Assembly (NCBI RefSeq): GCF_006345805.1
Contig: NW_021834689.1
Location: forward strand, 1-44,559
Length of the DNA: 44,559 bases
Origin: Octopus sinensis
Taxonomy: Eukaryota
Direction of reading: 5' to 3'
The stretch's first letter is position 1, and every line of letters starts with the position of its first letter. The position numbers were made by a program, and so were the translations under genes. This document shows positions 35,245-44,559 of the stretch, piece after piece. The notes under the pieces are model-generated. The model worked only from the letters and a program-made list of their open reading frames with translations, ran no database searches and was not told where the DNA came from.

Positions 35245-36383
35245 ACCAGCTCCAATAGCTGGTCCCTCTGTGGGTGATATCTCCAGGCCCTTTCTTGTTA
35301 GTGACAATGAAGACCCCATATTTGATAACCTAAATGATGCAATGGCATATTAAATTCAACCACACCCCAATTTCAAAAGTACACATTCAAAGAAAAAAAT
35401 GTCAACAGTTCGTAAATTAGGTTTGATTTTGCATATGGGACCTGGGATGTCTTTCTGAGAAATTTTCATGTATTTTAATTGTCATCAAATATGGTAAGTG
35501 AAACGCAAACAATGTCGTTGTCCTTTCTTCCTTGTAACATCTCCAATTACACTGACACATTACTCTGTAATTCGAAACATCCTCTCTTTGCAGAACATTG
35601 ACAAAACTCTTACTTGCAGTTTCTCTTCTATCTACTTACACCTAAAAAATTTGCCATTCCTCCTTTCAGGGCTGATAAAAGAAAGCCCCGATCAAGTGCT
35701 GGAACCATATGGTTGAGAAGTAAACTTCTTACCCCACAGCCCTCCCAAAAAATTTCTGGCCCAGTGCTTATAAGAGATATCTCTTTTATTTTTTTTTATG
35801 TTTTTTTTCCCATATTCTTATTTCTTTTCTCAAACATTTCTTATTGACTGTTGTCGTATTATTTGGGGGTTTTTTTGGATTTATTTTTTTTTGTCATATC
35901 TAATGCAAATGGAAAATGCAAAAAGAATTCTAAAATTAAAAAAAAAATTACTCATTAAAAATATATTGAAAATAAAAACTAATAACCAGATATTAAAGAT
36001 TATTTGCCAACATAACATGGCAGTCCTGGTTTAGGACGAATGTTGCTGTAATTTTACCCCAAGGAGACATCGTCTCCAGCTGGCTATACAACACGATCTG
36101 TGTCCTTATATTTTCGAACAAGGGAAACTAGCACCCCTACTCAGCTTAAAGCAATATCTGTGTATCGTGATTTCTGGGTTATTTCCTTTCATCAGCACAG
36201 AATGATTGCTCAATTAGATTGCTCAATAACAATCTTTGTTATGATTATTCAAAATCATATACAGATAGGACACTACAGGACAAACATAATTACAAAGAAG
36301 TTATGGAGTTCGAATGAAGCTTGTATGAAGTTTAAAATTTTGCTTAGTTAGAGATGGCGCTGCCAATTTCCTGTTTGAAATAT

Positions 36384-36668
36384 CAGGTGATCACGTGACC
36401 GACCAGGCCATCAGATGTTGTTACACATCGCTGGTCACAATGCGTTTGCATTGTTTTAGCCTTCGAATGATGCCACCCTGCTGGCTAAGCGAGCATGCCA
36501 ACAGAAGAAAGAGTGGTGAAAGAGTACAGCAGGGATCACCACCCACCCCCTGCCGGAGCCTCGTGGAGCTTTTAGGTGTTTTCGCTCAATAAACACACAC
36601 AACGCCCAGTCTGGGAATCGAAACCGCGATCCTGCGACCGCGAGTCCGCTGCCCTAACCACTAGGCCA
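36384..36668 (-). mobile_element. SINE family H, tail type 1, 10-bp TSD
   Basis: TTTGAAATAT at 36374-36383 and 36669-36678. Confidence 0.85.
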
Positions 36669-36715
36669 TTTGAAATATATAGTTTTCAAAGTGACAACTA
36701 GTCACTGATCTATAA

Positions 36716-37032
36716 ATTAGAAAATTACTATTTTTAAATCTCACATCATGAGATATTCAGCAACAGTACTTTGGAGTAAAGATTGTTTGCCAACATAACA
36801 TGGCTGTCCTGTTTTGAGTTGGGGGGGGGGTGCTAGATTCCCTTGTTCGAAAATATAAGGACACAGATCGTGCCGTATAGGCAGCTGGAGGCGATGTCTC
36901 CTGGGGCTAAAATTACAGCAACATTCATCCTAAACCAGGACTGCCATGTTATGTTGGCAAACGATCTTTACTACAAAATACTGTTGCTGAAGATCTCATG
37001 TTGTGAGATTTTAAAAATAGTAATTTTCTAAT
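36716..37032. mobile_element. MITE with about 97-bp terminal inverted repeats; inverted partial copy at 35995-36165
   Basis: ATTAGAAAATTACTATTTTTAAA...GCCAACATAACATGG / CCATGTTATGTTGGC...TTTAAAAATAGTAATTTTCTAAT. Confidence 0.75.
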
Positions 37033-37319
37033 AACCAGATATTTTTCTAAAATATTTTTTTTTTTTTTAAATCAAATAATTATTGGGGACTTGTCTTTTG
37101 TGTATGGCTAATTGTAATTTTTGGCCCTTTTTTTTCTTTTACTTGTTCCTCTTCCAAGCTTTTTATCTATTCCAGCGTCTTCAGTCTCTACTGATAAATA
37201 TATTTTCTTGTTAGCCATACGTTATTTTCAAATATACAATTGTATAATTAATTTAGTTCTATAAACGTTGTTGTTGCTCAAAAGTTAATTAATAAATTCA
37301 TTAAAATCTTCAAAAACTC

Positions 37320-38758
37320 AGAGCTGTGTTCCTTTTGTTATTTGAATTATTTCTATATTAAAATGATAATTTAGTTTATCATTAAGCTAGTGTTAGGAAC
37401 ATAAATTGTGACTAAAGTTTGGTGGAAGATTTTAATTCAAAATTTATGAAAACCAGGCATTTGTACTACAGAGCCAGAGTTGGTTTCAGCCAGGTTGGTA
37501 TCGAAAGGGTTAAGAATTGTTTCTCTATTATTTATTTTAACCCTTTCGTTACTGTATTTCTGTTGAGATGCTCTGTGTTTCTTTTAATTAATTTTAAATA
37601 TAACAAAGAATTTAGTAAAATAACTTAATTATCATTAAGCTGGTGTTAGGAACATAAATTGTGACTAAGGTTTGGTGGAAGATTTTAATTCAAAACTTAT
37701 GAAAGCAAGACATTTGTACTACAGAGCCAGAAGTGGTTTCAGCTGGGTTGGTGTAAAAAGGGTTAAGAATTATTCTCTATTATATATTTTAATCCTTTTG
37801 TACCATATTTCTGTTGAAATGCTCTGTGTTTCTTTTAATTAATTTTAAATATAACAAAGAATTTAGTAAAATAACTTAATTATCATTAAGCTGGTGTTAG
37901 GAACATAAATTGTGACTAAGGTTTGGTGGAAGATTTTAATTCAAAACTTATGAAAGCAAGACATTTGTACTACAGAGCCAGAAGTGGTTTCAGCTGGGTT
38001 GGTGTAAAAAGGGTTAAGAATTATTCTCTATTATATATTTTAATCCTTTTGTACCATATTTCTGTTGAAATGCTCTGTGTTTCTTTTAATTAATTTTAAA
38101 TTAACAAAGAATTTAGTAAAATAACTTAATTATCATTAAGCTGGTGTTAGGAACATAAATTGTGACTAAGGTTTGGTGGAAGATTTTAATTCAAAACTTA
38201 TGAAAGCAAGACATTTGTACTACAGAGCCAGAAGTGGTTTCAGCTGGGTTGGTGTAAAAAGGGTTAAGAATTATTCTCTATTATAATATTTAATCCTTTT
38301 GTACCATTTTCTGTTGAAATGCTCTGTGTTTCTTTTAATAATTTTAAATATAACAAGAATTTAGTAAAATAACTTATTATCATTAAGCTGGTGTTAGGAA
38401 CATAAATTGTGACTAAGGTTTGGTGGAGATTTTAATTCAAAACTTATGAAGCAAGACATTTGTACTACAGAGCCAGAAGTGGTTTCAGCGGGTGGTGTAA
38501 AAAGGGTTAAGAATTATTCTCTATTATATATTTTAATCCTTTTGTACCATATTTCTGTTGAAATGCTCTGTGTTTTTTTTAATTAATTTTAAATATAACA
38601 AAGAATTTAGTAAAATAACTTAATTATCATTAAGCTGGTGTTAGGAACATAAATTGTGACTAAGGTTTGGTGGAAGATTTTAATTCAAAACTTATGAAAG
38701 CAAGACATTTGTACTACAGAGCCAGGAGTTTCAGCCGGGTTGGTATCGAAAGGGTTAA
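37320..38758 (+). repeat. Tandem array of a piggyBac-like MITE: one partial plus five about 250-bp units
   Basis: Units start at TTAA 37537, 37789, 38040, 38290, 38533; termini TTAACCCTTTCG / CGAAAGGGTTAA. Confidence 0.9.
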
Positions 38759-39004
38759 ACATTTTTATAAGTCAAGTAACCTTAACATATAACATATGTC
38801 TATGAAAGAATTTTGGGGGATTTTATAAAAAAAAAGTAGGTACCAGTTGAATGGTATGTATTTGTATGTGTATTTATGCATATGCGTGTGCGTTTGTGTT
38901 TGTCCCTCACCACAACTTGACAACCAGTGTTGGTTTGTTTGCGTCGCCATTAACTAACGCTTTGGCAAAAAGAGGCTGATAGAATACAAACTTAAGAATG
39001 AATA

Positions 39005-39012
39005 ATAATAAG

Positions 39013-39043
<31 letters not shown>

Positions 39044-39173
39044 TATATATGTATATCTATTTACATATATAGAATATATATATATGTATGTGTAGTATAT
39101 TTATATATATATAGATATATGTATGTGTATGTATACATACATATATAAATGTATATATGTATGTATAGCTATA

Positions 39174-39223
<50 letters not shown>

Positions 39224-39510
39224 ATATATGTATGTATGTATATATGTATGTATGTAAATGCCTGAGAGACTTACATGGTGTGGATGTGGGTTTCTTTAAA
39301 CTAAACTGGATCTCTTCTTGTGGAAGTCCCAGATGAACCTACCTCAGACAGGAGACGCGGATGCGGGCCGCAGCATCGAACTCCTTGTTGATCAAGTGCC
39401 ACGTATCAGAGGTGGATTCACAAACTAGTGTGGCTCATTCAGCGGTGGTGCCCCAGCATGGCGCGGCCTTCGGGCTAAAACATTTTTAAGGATTTAAGGA
39501 TTTATATATA

Positions 39511-39570
<60 letters not shown>

Positions 39571-39940
39571 GTATGTTTGTATATATGTATGTGTGTATGT
39601 ATATATATATATGTGTATATATATATATGTATGTGTATATATGTGTGTGTGTATTATATATATATATACATATTTATATATATACACATATATATATATA
39701 TATGTATATTTATTTATACACACACTTACATAGATACAGAGACATGCTCATGATGTAACCTAAAGATTGTTTTTCTTAAGAAGTGAACACAAAATGCTTA
39801 TCTGAGCAGCAACAGACATTTCCTTACAGCAAGGGTTCTGCTCTTCATCCTACCGTTCTTCACATACAGAAGCCTTACACACACATGCACACACGCACAA
39901 CACAAACATGTATATATGTGTGTATATATACATATAAATA

Positions 39941-40003
<63 letters not shown>

Positions 40004-40035
40004 CATATATATATATGTATATATATATGTATATA

Positions 40036-40079
<44 letters not shown>

Positions 40080-40172
40080 CATATATATATGTATATATAT
40101 ATGTATATATATTATGTATATATATATCTATATATATGTATATATATATATGTATATATTATATATATATAT

Positions 40173-40211
<39 letters not shown>

Positions 40212-40330
40212 TATAACATATATATATATACCATAAATATACATATATATATACATATATATATATCATATATATATATATATATACATATATACGTATG
40301 TATGTATGTATGGATGCATGTATGTATGTA
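39005..40330. repeat. (TA)n/(TATG)n microsatellite fields around the CR1 fragment
   Basis: Directly visible at 39005-39255, 39505-39720, 39910-40330. Confidence 0.95.
39258..39500 (+). mobile_element. CR1-type LINE 3' end (ORF2 C-terminus plus 3' UTR)
   Basis: Frameshifted translation [25 protein letters not shown]...RAAASNSL, then GCGGTGGTGCCCCAGCATGG-stem-loop-AAAAC and a short TTTAAGGA repeat tail. Confidence 0.75.
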
Positions 40331-40607
40331 TGTATGTGTTGTGTGTCCGTGTCCCCTATAGATATGTAACTTAATGATGTATGACCTACTGAATCTACGC
40401 CCATATCTATCTACTTTGGAAGAAATGAAGGCCTGAAGAAAGATTTTAAGATTTGACAAGGAGACAAGAGATATGGATCTGAGAGTACTTGTCGTCACCA
40501 CGACAACAACTGCCGCCACTACCACCACCACCACCATCACCACCACCACCATCACCACCACTACCGTCATCATCATCATCATCATCATCATCATAATCAT
40601 TATTAGT

Positions 40608-40830
40608 CAAGGCGTTGAGCTGGCAGAGTTGTTAGCAATCTGAGCAAAATGTTCAGTGGTATTGTGTCTGTCTTCACGTTCTGAGTTCAAATTCTGCCAT
40701 GGTCAACTTTGCCTTTCTTCCTTTCGGGGTCAATAAATTAAGTACCAGTGAAATACTGGGGTTGATGTAATCAACTGGTCTCCTTGCACCAAATTTCAGG
40801 TCTTGTGTCTTGAGTAGAAAGGATTATTAT
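40608..40830 (+). mobile_element. SINE family B copy
   Basis: GGCGTTGAGCTGGCAGAG...TTCTGAGTTCAAATTCTGCC...AAGTACCAG. Confidence 0.8.
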
Positions 40831-40861
40831 TAATATCATTATTATTATTATTATTATTATC

Positions 40862-41015
40862 ATTCTATGTTTGACTTTTGCTTTACATTTGTACAAGCTG
40901 GCTCCAAGTCTCACCCAGAGACCTCAAGAGACAACAAGTTGGAAGTTCATGTCGTTGTTATGCCTAGTGTGCCATATATTTGGTTTTGTATTTAGTGTTG
41001 TACTAGTGAATGTCT
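40862..41015 (-). mobile_element. Longer copy of the TAA-embedded short repeat also at 23346-23430
   Basis: First 85 bp near-identical to 23346-23430; preceded by (ATT)n. Confidence 0.55.
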
Positions 41016-41042
41016 AAAAAAAAAACCATACGAAAATTATAA

Positions 41043-41081
<39 letters not shown>

Positions 41082-41082
41082 C

Positions 41083-42058
41083 ATTCAGTAGTTTTATTTT
41101 TATAGCGTGCTTTCACTTCACTACCAGAGTGCAGCTCTGTGTGCCTTGGGTATGTGCTGTGATTTGTTGTGATGCTCTGATGGTTATTGTATGGAAAGTG
41201 TCTGCGTAGGATGTGTTGCAGTGCCTAGTAGTTGCAATTTTCTGTATGTTATATGTGTTTGTAAGTCCTGGTGTTTTTGTTATGTATTTGTCTGAATATT
41301 TTTTTATCATGCCTAATGCACCTACTATGATAGGAATTGTTTCTGTTTTCAGATTCCACATTCTAGTTACCTCTATTTCCAGGTCTTTGTATTTTGAGAG
41401 TTTCTCCATTTCTTTTAGAGACACATTGTCATCAGCCGGTATTGATACATCAATTAGAAAGCATTTTTTTTCTTCATGATCTCTGACAACTATATCTGGT
41501 CTGTTGGCCTTAATTTCTCTATCTGTGTGTATCGGCATATCCCAGAGTATGGGTGCTTTCTCGTTTTCTGTGACCTTTCTGGTGTGTGCCTTATACCATC
41601 TTTTTCTGTTGTTATTCCATAATGTTGGCATAGCTTCCAATGTATGTAGGTTCCAACTCTGTCATGTCTGTGAATATATTCCTTCTTAGCCAGGACTGGG
41701 CAGCTAGAGATAATATGATTTATGTTTCTTGTCCATCTCCACATATTCTGCAGTTACTTGTTATATTTCTTTTCATTACATGTTTTTGGTAATTTCTGGT
41801 GGGGAGGCTTTGGTCTGGTGCTGCAATTAAAAATCCCTGTTTCTGCTTTGAGTCCTGAGCTTCTCAACCATTGCTGGGATTTTTCTTTGTCTATTTTTTT
41901 TGTTGTTAGTTTAGTGCAGTATTTACCATGAAGGGGCTTTTCTTGCCATTGTTTTATCATGGTTCGTTGCTGTTCTATTTTTAGTTTGGATTTCATTTGT
42001 TTTATAGCTTTTGTTGTTTCTTCATCTTCTTCTTCTTCTTCATGTTTATTAGGTGGTA
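41083..42058 (-). mobile_element. 5'-truncated R4/Dong-type retrotransposon, family 1: CCHC zinc knuckle plus restriction-like endonuclease, frameshifted
   Basis: Joining three frames gives WQEKPLHGKY...WLRSSGLKAETG...CRICG...HIISSCPVLAKKEYIHRHDRVGTYIHWKLC...ANRPDIVVRD...LIDVSIP...KLSKYKDL...IPIIVGALG; (TAA)n on both sides. Confidence 0.92.
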
Positions 42059-42079
42059 ATAATATTATCATTATTATTA

Positions 42080-42116
<37 letters not shown>

Positions 42117-42119
42117 TCC

Positions 42120-42245
42120 ATCTGTAGAAACACTGCCAGATCAGACTGGGCCTGGTGCAGCCTTCTGGCTTCCCAGACCCCGGTCGAACCGTCCAACCCA
42201 TGCTAGCATGGAAAGCAGACATTAAACGATGATGATGATGATTAT
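42120..42245 (+). mobile_element. Family C 3' end
   Basis: CTGTAGAAACACTGCCAGATCAGACTGG...GACATTAAACGATGATGATG. Confidence 0.85.
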
Positions 42246-42927
42246 CATTATCATTATTATTATTACTACTATCATTATTATAATTATTATTATCATTATT
42301 ATTATAATTATTATTATTATTATTATTATTATCATTATCATCATTATTATCATTATTATTATTATTATTATTGCTGTAAAGAGGTGAACTGGAAGAATTT
42401 TTAGCTTGAATGGTAAATTCTCGGTCAGCAATCACAGAACTTCCATTATCGCGTATTTCTTTGATCATTTCTGCCTTTTCCTGTAAAGAATACACAATGA
42501 TGACATTGAGGAGGAGGAAGGGGAGGAGGGGGTGATGATGATGATGATGATGACAGCCATATGCTTAGTTCTATATTTGAATGCAAGATAGAATTTCTTA
42601 ATTACGACAACTAATTATCTGATATAGGATGTAATTAAAAACGGAATCATTTGAAGGTCGGTTTTCTCGAAGAAATTGCTGCTTCCATAGCGTCTTTGAG
42701 ATCATCAACACATCCAAGAAATGGCAATGTAAGATTTACTTTCTTGAGAATCAATGTAAATCCATCCAAATGAATTTAGTTTCAAGACAAACCTGGAAAC
42801 AAGATCTCTTTCATCAAAAGCTTGTTTAGAATCAACAGATTTCTTCATCAATGGAAATTTTTCTTATCTTTTTTTACTTCGTTTTAAGCATTGGATTGCA
42901 ATCATGCAGGGGCGCCACCTTTTAGCT

Positions 42928-43679
42928 CAGGGGTTCTCAACCATTTTTTTTATCCCTGGACCCCTTTGTTTACTATTTTATTCAGGAGGACCCCTATAAC
43001 CATTTAATGTTTAAAGACTAGTTTCATAGAAAATTCTTTCAAAATTCCAATTTTGTTAGGAGTGGGCTGTGTGGTAAATAGCTTGCTTACCAACCACATG
43101 GTTCCGGGTTCAGTCCCACTGCGTGGCATCTTAGGCAAGTGTCTTCTGCTATAGCCCCGGGCCGACCAATGCCCTGTGAGTGGATTTGGTAGACGGAAAC
43201 TGAAAGAAGCCCGTCGTATGTATATATATATATATGCATGTGTGTGTATATGTTTGTGTGTCTGTGTTTGTCGCCCTAGCATTGCTTGACAACCGATGCT
43301 GGTGTGTTTACGTCCCCGTCACTTAGTGGTTTGGCGAAAGAAACTGATAGAATACGTACTGAGCTTACAAAAGAATAAGTCCTGGGGTTGATTTGCTCGA
43401 CTAAAGGCGGTGCTCCAGCATGGCCGCAGTCAAATGACTGAAACAAGTAAAAGAGTAAAAGAGTAAAAGAGTATACATTAACTTTTGTAGGTTGAACGAT
43501 GTAAAACCTTAGAGAAAGAAATTTAGTTGTTACTCGCAATACATACATGTAAAGCAACCTTTTTCGGGGGCCCTTAAAATTCTATTGTGGTTCCTCAATT
43601 TACTATTTTGCTGCATGGACCCACAAAAATCTTATATGGACCCTCAGGGGCCAATATGAACCCCGGTTGAGAACCGCTA
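42928..43679 (-). mobile_element. hAT-type MITE (same family as 33403) interrupted by a SINE A
   Basis: TIRs CAGGGTTCTCAACC (42928) and GGTTGAGAACCGCTA (to 43679); flanking 8-mers TTTTAGCT / CTTTGGAT. Confidence 0.8.
43058..43473 (+). mobile_element. SINE family A, full length
   Basis: Head to (AAAGAGT)n tail, same layout as 1731-2135. Confidence 0.9.
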
Positions 43680-43909
43680 CTTTGGATGAACAAATCAACC
43701 CTGGAACTTTTTTTATATAAACTACTAAGTCATAGGGACTGCAAGCAAATAATAGCTTTGTTTACAACCAGTGAATACATATGAAGATGAGGTAAACACA
43801 GATTCACTGACAAACACATGCGTGCACACACACACACACAAAGACACATGATTGATTGATTGATTCTAGTTTCAGCTCACAAGCTGTGGCCATGCTGGGG
43901 CACCGCCAT

Positions 43910-44551
43910 TTGAGTTTCATTAAATATACAATAGTGTTTGTGTTTTATCCCTTTTTATTTTAGATTTTTAACATTTTCTTCTTTTTTGAAGCTAGTTTGC
44001 AACAATAAGCTTCTTAAATCCATATTTAAAATTTCTAGAACTTCACAGTCTCTTTTCCAAGAATTGAAATAGATTTGGCATCTACATTTTCACTTATATA
44101 AACAAAAATATCACTTGAATTCAAGTAGATATTTAGAAGGTTTTTTTTACCATTAGGCTTACATGTCAACAGTTTGGTGTTGTTTTGTTGTGGTCAAATT
44201 TTTTACTGTTAAATCTACATGTCAGTAGCCACATTTTGGCATTCTATTGCAGTATGACTATGGCTTTCAGCATTAATCTTCTTTCTTCGTGAGAAAATAT
44301 GTGGAGCATTTTACAATTTGACTTTTTTTTTTGCAGTTTGCAGTATGGAATTTTGTGGTTGCAAATGCCAAGCAGTACAGCATGTTGTTTCCAAATTTCT
44401 GGCAGAGTGAATTGTGTCATGGTGCTGTTTTTCTCACAGGTGGTGCCCAGCTGACCCTACTATACTGTGTAGTCAACAAAATCAAAAACAAACAATGCAC
44501 ATGCATGAAATTGGAAATATCAAATGGCAACAATTTACCCCTCAATCACTG
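43910..44551 (-). mobile_element. Degenerate Tc1/mariner-type transposon, left end and transposase N-terminal remnant
   Basis: Minus strand begins TA|CAGTG at 44553-44547; decayed reading FSHEERRLMLKA...RFNSKKF...P and EILNMDL resembles helix-turn-helix regions of Tc1/mariner transposases. Confidence 0.4.
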
Positions 44552-44559
44552 TATATATA

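Noticed and set aside
36984-37015. CTGAAGATCTCATGTTGTGAGA hairpin in the MITE TIR as a hammerhead
   Set aside because: No GAAA after the hairpin and no stem I or III
42370-42880. Non-repetitive minus-strand stretch with short open frames (LQEKAEMIKEIRDNG..., KKSVDSKQAFDERDLVSRF...)
   Set aside because: No recognisable family, stops in all frames and no clear splice sites; probably an old element but unsupported

Overview
AT-rich, repeat-saturated animal genomic DNA. The SINE, MITE and microsatellite landscape looks like coleoid cephalopod DNA, most likely Octopus (inferred from repeat families, not from a search). Only one host coding segment is supported: the terminal exon of a rolling-stone-like (rost) membrane protein gene at 7717-8195 (+). 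Its upstream exons are not recognisable in the window. The rest is tRNA-derived SINEs (working labels A, B, C, F, H), CR1-type LINE ends, several 5'-truncated R4/Dong-type RLE retrotransposons sitting in (TAA)n tracts, hAT-, piggyBac- and Tc1-like DNA elements (two amplified into tandem arrays), mini- and microsatellites, and several long hairpins. The most striking signal is RNA-level: minimal type I hammerhead ribozyme motifs of the Penelope-associated kind. Two copies lie in a tRNA-Ser-headed short element arranged as a 1.2-kb foldback with a 14-bp target-site duplication (19834-21067). A third, from an unrelated family, carries a compensatory U3-A8 core (30635-30677, minus). All calls were made by eye with no database searches. 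Coordinates of degenerate repeats are approximate to within about 10 bp.
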